Shown: in pieces, positions 9,423 through 19,569 of the stretch | Layout of the letters: each line of letters starts with the position of its first letter | Position numbering within the stretch: the stretch's first letter is position 1 | Source: Polyangiaceae bacterium | Lineage (GTDB): Bacteria; Myxococcota_A; Polyangia; Polyangiales; Polyangiaceae | Length of the DNA stretch: 64,000 bases | Direction: 5' to 3' | NCBI GenBank assembly: GCA_035063585.1 | Contig: JAPSGB010000001.1 | Span: forward strand, 64,001-128,000 | Notes under the pieces: model-generated | Database searches by the model: none | What the model was told of the DNA's origin: nothing | Seen by the model: the letters and a program-made list of their open reading frames with translations, nothing else | Program-made: the position numbers and the translations under genes

Positions 9423-11935
9423 GGCTCGATGGTCGTAAGCTCCATGAGCGCCATCGGCTTGTCACCCGGGTAGATGACGAATGGCCCGAGCGCGCGCACC
9501 ATGTCGAGGAGCTGGGAGGGCACCGCCGCGGTCACTTCCTCATGGACACCCTCGAGCCCGAGCAGACGCCCGAGGAGCGTGGTGTCGGGCGGCGGCAGCT
9601 CCTCGATGGGCGCGTAGTCCGGCAGCTCGCCGAGCGCTCGCGCCGCGGCGAGCGCCTGGCGCAGCCCTCCGAGCTCGTCGACGAGCCCGTTTGCCTGAGC
9701 TTGCCGCCCCGTCCACACCCGGCCCTGGCCGAGCTCATCGACCGCCTTCCGGGTCATGTGGCGCCCTTCGGCCACCCGCGAGAGAAATACCTCGTAGAAC
9801 TGCCCGACCTTGCGCTCGAGCTCTTGCCGCTCTTCAGGGGTGAACGGACGATAGATGCTCTCGGCGTCGGCGCGCGGCGCGGTCTTGTACGTCTCCACGC
9901 TGACCCCGAGCTTGCGAAGCAAGCCGACCACGTCCGCCTTCCCGTAAAAGATCCCGATGCTGCCGGTGAGGGTGAGCGGGTTGGCGAAGATGCGCGTGGC
10001 GGGCGCCGACACGTAGTAGCCGCCGCTCGCTGCATACGTGCCCATGCTCACCACTACCGGCTTCACCTTCGCGGTGAGCGCGACCTCGCGCCACATGACG
10101 TCCGCCGCCATCGACGAGCCGCCGGGAGACTCCACCCGCAGCACGACGGCCCCGACGCCGGAGTCCTCGCGCACCTTCTCGAGCGTCTCCGCGATGGTGT
10201 ACGAGCCGGCGAGCCGCGTGCCGACGAGCGGGATGGTTCGGCTGCGCCCGTCGATCATGTCGCCATCGACGTAGACGAGCGCGAGCCGCCGCCCGCGCCC
10301 GAACCGCTCGGGCGCGCGGCCGCTCGGAGCGTCGTCGAGGAGCGTCGTCGGACGACCGACCAGCTCGTCGACTGCCGCCTCGAGCTCGTCGTCGAAAGCG
10401 AAGCCGTCCACGAGACCCGCGGCGCGCGCTTCCTGGGCGATGAACGGACCTTGCGCGATGCGCTCGCGGAGCGCCGGGATGCCGAGCCGTCGCCCGGCTG
10501 CCACGCCGCGCATGAACTCGAGCTCGTACTGCTGGAGGAGATTGATGGTGTCCGCGCGCGCGACGTCGCTCGCGCCGTCGCGGGTGAACTGCTCGGGCGC
10601 GCTCTTGTGCGCGCCGATACGCACGAAATCCGCACGAATCCCGAGCTTCTCGAGGAGCCCGGCGAAGTAGAGGTGCTGCATGCGGAGCCCGGCGAAGCGC
10701 AGGCCGCCGGCGGGGTTCATGAGGGTGCGGCTAGCCGCCGCGCAGAGGTAGAGCTCCGAGCCGCCCGCGTCCTCGAGGTGACAGAGCACGCGCTTGCCAC
10801 GCGCGCGCAGGTGCTGGATGGCGTCACGGAGCTCCTCGACGTGCGCGAGCGAGCTCCCGGGCGCGCTGCGGAGCTCGAGCACGACCGCGTCGACGGTCGG
10901 CTCGTCGTCGGCGAGCTCCCAGAGCCGCTCGAGCAGCGCGACGTGCCCGCGATTGCTCGGGGTGTCCTCGATGCGCACGCGCACCGCGCTCCGCGGAGCC
11001 TCCTGCCCCGCCGGTTCGCGAAAGCCGCGGAACGCCGCGCCCGTCTCGAGCCCGTAGGAGCCACGAGCCCCGAGGCCGGTGCCGGTGACGCCGCCGCCCG
11101 ACACCTCCATCGAGCCGCCCGGACCGCTCAGGTAGATGGCGAGCGCTGCCGACGCGGTCCACGCGCGGCGCGCGGCGCTCGCCGGATCGCTCATCGCAAA
11201 ATCGCCGCGCAGGCGGCCGAAGGGCGGAAGATCGACGCCGAGCGTCGCGCGCGGCACCCACACCCCGTTGCCCTCGTCGAGGTACTTCCCCTCGAGCCCG
11301 AGCTCGAGCGCGCGGGTGCCGAGCGGACGCACCGCCGCCGCCAGCTCGAAGGCCGGCGCGAGCCGGTAGCCGGACTGGCTCCGCGGCGCGTTGAGGTCGT
11401 GCGCGACCAGTGAGAGCCCGAGCCCGTTCCACGGCCGCAAGGACCAGGCGGCAGACCACGACGCGAGCCCGTGCGCCGAGGGGGCGTCCGAGTACGAGCG
11501 CTGGAGCGAGACGCCGAGCGCAGCGGCGTCCGAGCCGAAGGCGAGCCCCCAGGTGAGCCACTGGTAGGCGGCCGAGAACCCGCCGGCGCGCGCCGCGTCG
11601 GGCGGCGACATCACGTCCACGCGGAGCCCGGTCGAGAGCGACAACAGCCGGATCGGGAAGCCGAACGCGAAGGCGTGCCCCTGCCACGGCACCGTGTCGC
11701 GCTCGGGGAGGAAGAGGCCCGACCAGCGGAGCTCCGCGCCCGGGAGAAAGGCGAGGTTGGCGGGGTTCGCAGCGAGCGCCGTGGTGTCGTCGGTGCCGGC
11801 CACGCCGCGGCCGAGCGCCGGTAGCCGCTCGGGCCGCGCGAGTGGCGCCTGGGCGCGGGCGACGCCGCAGACGCCGAGCGTCGCGAAGAGCGCCGCGCCG
11901 AGCGCGAGCGCGAGGCTGCTCGAGCGTGCGCTCAC
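9419..11935 (-). CDS. sppA: Signal peptide peptidase SppA (S49) with a large N-terminal extension
   Basis: Tandem S49 domains: IGAHKSAPE, RVESPGGS, AASGGYY, TGSIG, QGRVWTG. GTG start 11935 overlaps the upstream stop (GTGA). Confidence 0.9.
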   Translation of the reverse strand: MSARSSSLALALGAALFATLGVCGVARAQAPLARPERLPALGRGVAGTDDTTALAANPANLAFLPGAELRWSGLFLPERDTVPWQGHAFAFGFPIRLLSLSTGLRVDVMSPPDAARAGGFSAAYQWLTWGLAFGSDAAALGVSLQRSYSDAPSAHGLASWSAAWSLRPWNGLGLSLVAHDLNAPRSQSGYRLAPAFELAAAVRPLGTRALELGLEGKYLDEGNGVWVPRATLGVDLPPFGRLRGDFAMSDPASAARRAWTASAALAIYLSGPGGSMEVSGGGVTGTGLGARGSYGLETGAAFRGFREPAGQEAPRSAVRVRIEDTPSNRGHVALLERLWELADDEPTVDAVVLELRSAPGSSLAHVEELRDAIQHLRARGKRVLCHLEDAGGSELYLCAAASRTLMNPAGGLRFAGLRMQHLYFAGLLEKLGIRADFVRIGAHKSAPEQFTRDGASDVARADTINLLQQYELEFMRGVAAGRRLGIPALRERIAQGPFIAQEARAAGLVDGFAFDDELEAAVDELVGRPTTLLDDAPSGRAPERFGRGRRLALVYVDGDMIDGRSRTIPLVGTRLAGSYTIAETLEKVREDSGVGAVVLRVESPGGSSMAADVMWREVALTAKVKPVVVSMGTYAASGGYYVSAPATRIFANPLTLTGSIGIFYGKADVVGLLRKLGVSVETYKTAPRADAESIYRPFTPEERQELERKVGQFYEVFLSRVAEGRHMTRKAVDELGQGRVWTGRQAQANGLVDELGGLRQALAAARALGELPDYAPIEELPPPDTTLLGRLLGLEGVHEEVTAAVPSQLLDMVRALGPFVIYPGDKPMALMELTTIEP

Positions 11936-13071
11936 GGCACCATCCCGCGGGCGCGCGCGAGGACCTCGAGCGCCTCGCGGCGCGCGGAGAGCTCGGCGGT
12001 GTCTTTCACTGGGAGAAAGCGCGACTGCGCGCCCACGCGCGGCACCATGAGGAAGCGTGTCTCGAGGGAGCTGGTCACCTCGCCGATCAGACGTTCGAAC
12101 TGGATCACGGTCGACTCCTCCACCTGCTTCTCCACGGAAAACCACGTGAACTCGAGCTCCGCTTCGAGCAGCGCCCGCGCATCGAAATGAAAGGTGTTGG
12201 TGTTGAACACGCGCACCGCGTCGGGCTCGAAGCCGCGTGGCAAGCGGAACTCCTCGAGCACCACCAGGCGCCCGTCGAGGCGCACCGGGATGCCGCCGCG
12301 ATCGGCGCCGACCTTCTCGACCACCTCGCAGGTCGCGGGCGCGCCGTGCTCGAGGTGCCAGCCGAGGATCGCCGGGTCGAGCCCGGCCCCGAGGTTGTCG
12401 AGGTTCGCGACCAGCACCGTCCGCCCGCCGCGCGCGACGAAGCGCTCGAGCAAGCCGCTCGCGCGGAGCGCGCCGGGCAAGTCGCCGTGGCCGCAGGCAT
12501 AGAGGCTCGGCGCACCCCGGGCGTCGAGATGGAGCGCTCCCGACCGCGTGAGCCGGAGCGAGGAGTCTTGCGTGAACACCGCGACCCGATCCCCTTCCGA
12601 GCGCGCGCCGAGCGCAGCGCGGAGCGGCGCGTCGGAGGCGTGGCTGCTCATGAGCCAGAGCGGCGCCGCACGCCCGACCCGAGCCGCGAGCGCCTCGCGC
12701 TCGCGCAGGCGAAGCTCGAGGAAGGTCCGACCCGGCAGCGCCTCGACCAGCGCCTTCACGACGCCGCCCATGCGCGTCGCCATCCCGCCGGCCAGCACAC
12801 AGAGCGCCGCCTCGCCGCGCGCGAGCGCCGCGAGCCCGCGCTCCTCGAGCCGCGCGCGCTCGGCCGAGCCGAGCTCCGGCAGCGAGCCGAGGTCGCCCGG
12901 CGACGGCGGCGCGACGACGCCTCCGACCCGGTTCGTTTCCGCGCCGGACCGACCCAACAGAAAGTTGCTCGCGAGGCTGAGCAAGCGCGCCTCGTCGAAG
13001 CGATGGCGCGAGAGCTCGGCGCGAAGCTCGGGCGGCAGCGCGGCGAGCTGTCGTGAGAGCGCCTCGCTCAT
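11932..13071 (-). CDS. UTP--sugar-1-phosphate uridylyltransferase (UDPGP/PF01704 type)
   Basis: LAGGMATRMG..KAL, GHGD, NLDNLGA, FNTNT, QFE, RFLPVK. Start 13071 or 13077. Confidence 0.85.
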   Translation of the reverse strand: MSEALSRQLAALPPELRAELSRHRFDEARLLSLASNFLLGRSGAETNRVGGVVAPPSPGDLGSLPELGSAERARLEERGLAALARGEAALCVLAGGMATRMGGVVKALVEALPGRTFLELRLREREALAARVGRAAPLWLMSSHASDAPLRAALGARSEGDRVAVFTQDSSLRLTRSGALHLDARGAPSLYACGHGDLPGALRASGLLERFVARGGRTVLVANLDNLGAGLDPAILGWHLEHGAPATCEVVEKVGADRGGIPVRLDGRLVVLEEFRLPRGFEPDAVRVFNTNTFHFDARALLEAELEFTWFSVEKQVEESTVIQFERLIGEVTSSLETRFLMVPRVGAQSRFLPVKDTAELSARREALEVLARARGMVP

Positions 13072-13157
13072 GCTCATCCACGGTAGCACTCCTCGAGGGA
13101 TACCGGGGCGCGCGCTCGCGCTCCGCTCGCCCGCCCGATCGGTGCTAGCCTGGGCCG

Positions 13158-14699
13158 GTGCGTTCGGCGCGATTTCTGCCCGTGATGATGGCGCTCGCGG
13201 CGCTCACCACGCCGGCCCGCGCAGACGCGCCGGTGGAGCACGAATTCATCCCGCCGGATGCCGACGAGGATCTCGCCCTCCAAGCCACGACCCCGCGCGG
13301 CAACCTGCCGGCGGCGCTCGAGACACCGAGCGGGGTCGTGCGCGCGCCCGACACGGCTGCGAGCCCGCCGCCCTCGGAGGCGACCTACGGCGGCGACTCC
13401 ACACCGATGAGCGCGGACGCCGTCTATCGTATCGATCGCAACACGACCCGCCCGGACCTGGTGGGCTATAGCGATCCGTTTCGCCCGACGGTGACACCCT
13501 TCAAGCGGCTCTACGCCTTCGACACGGTGGACGGCAGTCTCGAGCTCGTGGTGGGTGACCGGTCACTCTCGCCGATCGCGGTCGGCGGCGAGGTGCTGCC
13601 CGGCGACGACCAGTTCTACGCCGACATGACCGTGGATCTCGCGCGCGACGTGCCGGTGCGGATCCCGTCGGTCGGGCCGGGCGCGCGCGCGCTGGCGGCC
13701 GAGAGCAGCCCCGAGCTCCCGTTTCAGCTCTTCCGCGACGGCGCCGACAACTGGTTCATTCGTGCCAGCGCGCGCGAGCGGATAAGGCTCACGATGCAGC
13801 TTGCCATCCCGCGCGCGGTGTTCGGCAGCCCGTTCGCGGACGTCTCCTGGCCGATGCTCACCCGATTCACCAAGCCCGTGCCCGAGCCGCTCCGCGCGCC
13901 GACCGCGAAGGTGTTGGGGGCCATCGGCGTCGATCGCGAGATGAGTCCGCGCCAGGCGCTCACCACGCTGGTCGGCTACTTTCGAGGCTTCAAGCCGTCG
14001 GACGAGCTGCCGAGCTCGAGCGGCGCCGCGCTCTACGAAGAGCTCGCGCTCTTGCAGAAGGGGGTCTGCCGGCACCGCGCCTACGCCTTCACCATCACCG
14101 CGCAGGCGCTCGGTCTGCCGGCGCGGCTCATCCGCAACGAGGCGCATGCGTGGGTCGAGGTCTACGACAGCCGCCTGTGGCATCGCATCGACCTCGGTGG
14201 CGCCGCCGGACGTCTCGACACCGAGCAGCCGCCCGACACGCCGCTCCACGCGCCGCCCGCCGATCCCTTCGCCTGGCCGAAGGGAAGCGAGAGCGGCTCG
14301 GAGATGGTCGGGCGCTCCGGGCTCGGCGAACCGGGAGCGCCGCCGGGCGCGAGCGCCGCGATGACGACCCCGCCGCCCCCTCCCGCCGAGACGAGCGACC
14401 CGAGGCCCGCGGCGGAGCTCACGGTCGACTCGCGCGCGCGCGACGTGATGCGCGGCGAGCCGCTCGAGCTCCGGGGGCGCGTCGCGGCCGGCGGCGAGCC
14501 CTGCGCGCGCGCGCGAGTCGACGTCACGCTCCGCGCCGCGAGCGGCGGGGACATCCCGATCGGCTCGCTCGCCGCCGACGCCGACGGGCGCTTCTCGGGC
14601 AGCGTCGTGGTTCCGCTGGCGCAGCTCGCGGTAGGCGACTACGAGCTGACGGTCTCGACGCCCGGCGACGCTCGCTGCGGCCCGGGGAGCGCAAAATGA
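13158..14699 (+). CDS. Secreted transglutaminase-like domain protein
   Basis: Signal peptide; GVCRHRA, HAWVEV and IDL (Cys-His-Asp triad); C-terminal beta-sandwich-like region. Confidence 0.85.
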   Translation: MRSARFLPVMMALAALTTPARADAPVEHEFIPPDADEDLALQATTPRGNLPAALETPSGVVRAPDTAASPPPSEATYGGDSTPMSADAVYRIDRNTTRPDLVGYSDPFRPTVTPFKRLYAFDTVDGSLELVVGDRSLSPIAVGGEVLPGDDQFYADMTVDLARDVPVRIPSVGPGARALAAESSPELPFQLFRDGADNWFIRASARERIRLTMQLAIPRAVFGSPFADVSWPMLTRFTKPVPEPLRAPTAKVLGAIGVDREMSPRQALTTLVGYFRGFKPSDELPSSSGAALYEELALLQKGVCRHRAYAFTITAQALGLPARLIRNEAHAWVEVYDSRLWHRIDLGGAAGRLDTEQPPDTPLHAPPADPFAWPKGSESGSEMVGRSGLGEPGAPPGASAAMTTPPPPPAETSDPRPAAELTVDSRARDVMRGEPLELRGRVAAGGEPCARARVDVTLRAASGGDIPIGSLAADADGRFSGSVVVPLAQLAVGDYELTVSTPGDARCGPGSAK

Positions 14700-15907
14700 G
14701 CGAGATCGTCGTCCCCTTCATCTACGAGCTCCGGAAAAAGCGCCTCAAGGTCGGCGCGCAAGAGGCGGTGCAGCTCTCACGCGCCCTCGAGCTCGGGCTC
14801 CACGAGAGCACGCTCGACGGCTTCTACTACCTGGCGCGCGCGCTCTTCGTGCATTCCGAGGCCGACCTCGACAAGTTCGACGAGGCCTTCCTCGCGCACT
14901 TCAAGGGCATCGTCACCGAGACCGCCCAGCTCCTCGACGAGCTCGAGGAGTGGCTGAAAGATCCGAAGACGCTCGAGAACCTCTCGCCCGAGGCGCTCGC
15001 GGCGATAAAGGAGCTCTCCCCGGAGGAGCTCCGCAAGCTCTTCGAAGAGCGGCTCCGCGAGCAGAAGGAGCGCCATGACGGCGGCAGCAAGTGGATCGGC
15101 ACCGGCGGCACCAGCCCGTTCGGCACCGGCGGGCAGAACCCGCACGGGATGAGCGTGCGCGCCGGCCCGAGCCAGGGGCCCGGCGGCCGCGGCGTGATGG
15201 GCATGGCCGACGCGCGGAAGTACCGACCGTACCGCTCCGATCTGGTGCTCGACGTCCGTCAGGTCGAGGTCGCGCTGCGAAAGCTCCGCAGCTTCTCCCG
15301 CGATGGCACCCAGGAGGAGCTCGACATCGAGGCCACCGTCGACGCGACCGCGAAGAACGCCGGCGAGCTCGAGATCGTCACGCGCCCGCCGCGGCGCTCG
15401 AGCGCGCGCGTGCTCTTGCTCATGGACGTGGGCGGCTCGATGGATCCGTTCGCGCAGACCTGCTCGCAGCTCTTCTCGGCCGCGAGGCGCGCCTCGAACT
15501 TCCGCGAGGTCCGCACTCACTATTTCCACAATACGGTCTACGGGCGGCTCTACTCCACCGATTCCCTGATGGAACCCGTCGACGTCCCGCTCCTCTGCGA
15601 TCAGCTGAACGAGCGCTGGAAGCTCATCATGGTGGGCGACGCGGCGATGGCCCCGGGCGAGCTCCTCGGCACCGGGCCGTGGGGCGCGCCGCCCGGGCTC
15701 GCGCCGCTCTCCGGGCTCGACTGGCTCGGGTTCCTCGCCTCCCGCTTCGAGCGCAGCGTGTGGCTGAACCCCGACCCGCCGCAGTACTGGGGCGGCGGCA
15801 CCGCCAAGGCGATCGGCGAAATCTTCCCCATGTATCACCTGACCGTCGACGGCCTCACCGAGGCGATGGCGCACCTCTCGAAGGGCCGCGCGGCGCGGCG
15901 CGCGTGA
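14696..15907 (+). CDS. VWA domain protein (CoxE-like)
   Basis: HDGGSKWIGTGGTSPFG, MIDAS-like DVGGSM, VGDAAMAP, WLNP. ATGA overlap with the upstream gene. Confidence 0.88.
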   Translation: MSEIVVPFIYELRKKRLKVGAQEAVQLSRALELGLHESTLDGFYYLARALFVHSEADLDKFDEAFLAHFKGIVTETAQLLDELEEWLKDPKTLENLSPEALAAIKELSPEELRKLFEERLREQKERHDGGSKWIGTGGTSPFGTGGQNPHGMSVRAGPSQGPGGRGVMGMADARKYRPYRSDLVLDVRQVEVALRKLRSFSRDGTQEELDIEATVDATAKNAGELEIVTRPPRRSSARVLLLMDVGGSMDPFAQTCSQLFSAARRASNFREVRTHYFHNTVYGRLYSTDSLMEPVDVPLLCDQLNERWKLIMVGDAAMAPGELLGTGPWGAPPGLAPLSGLDWLGFLASRFERSVWLNPDPPQYWGGGTAKAIGEIFPMYHLTVDGLTEAMAHLSKGRAARRA

Positions 15908-16007
15908 CCGCGCGGGTAGGCTGACCGGGGTCTGGTCGGTCCGGCGCGGAACCGCGCGCGGCGGGCAACGCGCGGCGAGACGCCGGAACGATGTATGCTC
16001 CGGAGCG

Positions 16008-17429
16008 ATGACTCGGCGCGCCTCCGGCAGGCACTGGTTCGGATGGAGCCTCGCCGCTCTCGCCGCCGTCGGGGGCGGCTGCGGAACCTCGAACGAGGCG
16101 CGCGCCGGCGCGGCAGGCGCGGCGGGCCGTGACGCGGCAGGTGCGGCAGGCGCGGCAGGCGCGGCGGCCGCGGCGGGCCGCGACGCCGCGGCGCCGGACG
16201 GCGACGCTGGGCGCGGGGGCGGCGACGCGTCGTTCGGCGGCGCGGCGGGCCGCGACGCGGCTGCGCCGGACGGCGACGCCGACGCCCGAGTTCCCGAGGG
16301 GACACCGGTCGGAGATTTCGGCGCCGTCGGCGACGGCGTCACCGACGACACCGCCGCGCTCGCGAGCGCCCTCGCGAGCGGCGACGATCTCGTCTTCGCG
16401 CCGGGCCATCGCTACCTGGTGCGCGGGCCGCTCCGCATCGACGCCGACGGCGAGCAGCGCCTCTCCGGCGAGGGCGCGACCATCGTGACCGACGGCGTCA
16501 TCGATCGGCTCTTCGTGGTCGACAAACCGAGCGGCACGCTCCGCTGCCGCGACCTCGACGTCGACGGCGAGCGCCGAATCGGCGGCGCGTGGCTCCTGAA
16601 GAGCGCCTTCGACTTCGACGGGTGCGACGTTCGAGCCCTCTACAGCGAGAGCTCGAACGCCATCGCTTATCAGCTCGACGTCGCCCGGCCGATGGGCGAC
16701 GCGACCATCTCGAACGCGGTGTGTGACTCGATCGAGAGCAAGGCGAACGGTGTGATCGGGGACGGCCCGGGCGCGGCGCGCTGCGTGTACGTCCGCTGGC
16801 AGACGACCGCGCCGGTCACGGTGAGGCTCACCGGCTCGACCATGGGGAACGTGTGGGGCGACGACGGCGACGTCATCCACATCGCTCAGGAAAATGACGT
16901 CTACGACGCCCCGACCCGCGTCATCGTGAAAGATAGCGAGCTATTTTACGGCAGCCGCCGCGTCGTGAAGAACTTCTCGAGCAACACCTACTGGGAGAAC
17001 GTCACCTTCCGCTCGGTGGAGCCGGGCCACCCCAAGCTCGGCGGCGCGGTGAGCGCCGGCATGGTCGTCACCAGCGTGCACAGCGGAGACAACGTGAGCA
17101 ATCGCCACGTCTATCGAGGGTGCACCTTCATCGGCTCGGCGCGCGAGCGCCGCGCGATCATCAGCGCGGTCGACGACGTCGTGTTCGACGCGTGCAAATT
17201 CGTCGGAGCCACCTTCGCGATCTATAGGAGCGGCGGCGGCGTCTGCTTCGAGAACAACCAGGTCGACTCGTCCTTCGAGATGTACGACTACACGACCGAG
17301 CCGCCGCTCTTCCTCGGCCCGATCGTGGAGGTGAACACCACGCCCGCCGGCGACTACGTGAACTTCTCGGCGACGCCGCCCGCGCCGAGCGGCAGCTTCG
17401 AGTGCCCGAGGGTCGTCGCGGAGCCGTGA
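16008..17429 (+). CDS. Lipoprotein with pectate-lyase-like beta-helix domain
   Basis: Lipobox GGGC, Ala/Gly/Asp linker with repeated GRDAAAPDGDA, and VGDFGAVGDGVTDDTAAL (Pectate_lyase_3-type start). Confidence 0.75.
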   Translation: MTRRASGRHWFGWSLAALAAVGGGCGTSNEARAGAAGAAGRDAAGAAGAAGAAAAAGRDAAAPDGDAGRGGGDASFGGAAGRDAAAPDGDADARVPEGTPVGDFGAVGDGVTDDTAALASALASGDDLVFAPGHRYLVRGPLRIDADGEQRLSGEGATIVTDGVIDRLFVVDKPSGTLRCRDLDVDGERRIGGAWLLKSAFDFDGCDVRALYSESSNAIAYQLDVARPMGDATISNAVCDSIESKANGVIGDGPGAARCVYVRWQTTAPVTVRLTGSTMGNVWGDDGDVIHIAQENDVYDAPTRVIVKDSELFYGSRRVVKNFSSNTYWENVTFRSVEPGHPKLGGAVSAGMVVTSVHSGDNVSNRHVYRGCTFIGSARERRAIISAVDDVVFDACKFVGATFAIYRSGGGVCFENNQVDSSFEMYDYTTEPPLFLGPIVEVNTTPAGDYVNFSATPPAPSGSFECPRVVAEP

Positions 17430-19405
17430 CGCGGAGCGCCGGGGCGCCGCGGGCCGCGCGACGACCGAGCCCATCGTTCGAGACGCGCTCGGCCGCGCGC
17501 CGGGCCAGCAAGCTCTGCTTCTGCCTCTTGGTGTTTGGCTTGTGCTGGCTCGGCGCGGGAGCGGCGCGAGCCGCCGACGCATGCGAGGAAGCGTTCGCGA
17601 GCTGGGCCGCGCGCTGCGAGAAGCAGACCGGGCTCGAGGTTCGCGCGCGCCATTGTCCGCCCGGCGGTGTAGTGCTGGCGGTCTCGCGGCGAGGCGAGGC
17701 GCTCCTCGACGTCGAGGTCGCGAGCGGCGACACGCGAGGGTTTCGGCGCGTGAGTGGGCTGTCGCTCTCGCCGGTCGGTGAGCTCGGTGATTGGAAGAGC
17801 GTCGCCGAGCCGACGCGCGCCGCCTTCGACGCGCTCGCGGGCTGCGTCGCGGCGGATCCGGCGCTGCCGGACGTGCGTCGTGCGCCGAGCGCCGCCGAGC
17901 CGAGCGCAGCGCCCACCGCGATCGCGAAGGCGACGCTGCCGTGGCGAGGGCTCGCGGGGCTCGCGATCACCTGCGCGCTCGGCGTCTCCGCGCTCCGACG
18001 GCGGGCGCGGGTCGGGCTCGCGCTCGCGCTGGTCGCCGCGGCGAGCTTCACGCTCCGTTGGCTGGCGCTGCCCCACGCCTTCTTCCATCAGAACGGCCAG
18101 GGCCCGGACTGGATCGCGGTCGCACGCGGCGGCGGGGCGCTCTCGAGGTACGGACCCGGCTACGCGGAGGTGTTCTCGCTCATGGCGCGCGCCGGGAACA
18201 CGCCGGAGGGGGGCGTGTTCCTCGAGCAGGCGCTGCTGGCGTCGCTAGCGCCGATCGGCGCCTTCGCCATCCTGCGCGCGGCCGGCGCGAGAGCGGTCGT
18301 CGCGTGGCCCATCACGGTCGCGCTCGCGGCCGAGCCCCTCTTGGCGCGACTCGGCGTGAGCGAGTCGTACTTCGCGACGGGGTTCAGCCTGTCGATGCTC
18401 GCCGGCGCGACGCTGGCGATGGGCGCGGCGCGCGCCACGCTCCGCGCTCGCCGATTCTGGCTGTCCGCGCTCGGCGCCGGGCTGCTGGTGGCGCAGGTCG
18501 CCCGAGTGCACCCGCTCACCTGGCTCGCGGCGGCCTGCCTTCCACTGATCGTGGTCGTGGGCCCCGGCCGGCTCCGGACCCGCCTGACGCTGGCGCTCGG
18601 GAGCGCGCTCGCGCTCGGCGCGGTCACGGCCGCCCTCTCGGGCAGCGCGCTCGGCAGCGTGCTCACGGGCTCGCTCGGGACCGAGTGGCTCCCGGCCGCT
18701 GCCGGCCGGCTCCGACGGAGCTGGGCCCTGGCGCCGCTCGCGCTGGCGCTGCTCGCCTCGCTCAACTTCCTTCGCGGGCGCACGCGACGGTTCGTCGTCG
18801 TGGCGGCGACCGCCGCGCTGGTCGGAGCGGCGCTTCGCGCCGGCGACGTGCTCGGCTCGCCGAACCCGGCGGTCGCCGGCGCGTACGTGCGGCTGTTCCT
18901 CCCCGCGATGCTCGCGGCGGTCGCCGCGCTCTCTCGGTTCATTCGCGGGCGACACGTGCGCCACGGACTCGCGCTCGGCGTCGCGGTGGCCGCGGTGTTC
19001 TGGTCGGTCTCCCGCTGGCGCCCGCTCACGGAGCTTCCCACCGATGCGCTCGAGCAAGGCTTCGCGATGGGGTGGCGGGAAACCTTGCCCCGCAACGCCA
19101 CGGTCGTCTATCTCTCCCGCGCGAACCGGCGCTCGCTGGTCTTGCCGCTCTACGCGCGCGGCATGCCGCTCTCGAGCTCGAACCGGCCGCCCGCGCTCTC
19201 TGCGCTCCCCGGCGCGGTCTTCTACTATCGCTCGAGCCTCTGCGACAGCGCTGAAGGCCGCTCGTTTTGCGCCGCGCTCGAAGCGAGCGTCCGTCTCGGG
19301 CCACGCGTCGAGCGCGCCCTCCCGGCGCGCGCGAGCATGCGCTGGGACAGCTACCTCGAGACTCCGGTGCGGGTGGCGCTCTTCCGCGTCATACGCGAGC
19401 CGTGA
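17426..19405 (+). CDS. Polytopic membrane protein, probable GT-C fold glycosyltransferase
   Basis: GTGA overlap; many hydrophobic helices; C-terminal soluble domain; located in a glycan gene cluster. Confidence 0.55.
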   Translation: MTRSAGAPRAARRPSPSFETRSAARRASKLCFCLLVFGLCWLGAGAARAADACEEAFASWAARCEKQTGLEVRARHCPPGGVVLAVSRRGEALLDVEVASGDTRGFRRVSGLSLSPVGELGDWKSVAEPTRAAFDALAGCVAADPALPDVRRAPSAAEPSAAPTAIAKATLPWRGLAGLAITCALGVSALRRRARVGLALALVAAASFTLRWLALPHAFFHQNGQGPDWIAVARGGGALSRYGPGYAEVFSLMARAGNTPEGGVFLEQALLASLAPIGAFAILRAAGARAVVAWPITVALAAEPLLARLGVSESYFATGFSLSMLAGATLAMGAARATLRARRFWLSALGAGLLVAQVARVHPLTWLAAACLPLIVVVGPGRLRTRLTLALGSALALGAVTAALSGSALGSVLTGSLGTEWLPAAAGRLRRSWALAPLALALLASLNFLRGRTRRFVVVAATAALVGAALRAGDVLGSPNPAVAGAYVRLFLPAMLAAVAALSRFIRGRHVRHGLALGVAVAAVFWSVSRWRPLTELPTDALEQGFAMGWRETLPRNATVVYLSRANRRSLVLPLYARGMPLSSSNRPPALSALPGAVFYYRSSLCDSAEGRSFCAALEASVRLGPRVERALPARASMRWDSYLETPVRVALFRVIREP

Positions 19406-19569
19406 CGCGCGGCGCTCGGATCGGGCGCGCGAGCCGAACCAGCGAGCCCGTCCCGGAAGACCTCGCTGGCGGGACCGGCGCGGCGCGTCCCTGATTGACG
19501 GCTCGAAGCCGCGCGTGTCATCCTCCAGATCTCCGCTGGCGGTGAGTCGAGCGTGAAATTGGCGGGAAA

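Noticed and set aside
11936..13081. Apparent 1220-aa SppA and other long N-terminal extensions (14150, 23917, 30322, 31112)
   Set aside because: The extensions overlap neighbouring real genes; internal starts with coupling or signal peptides fit better.
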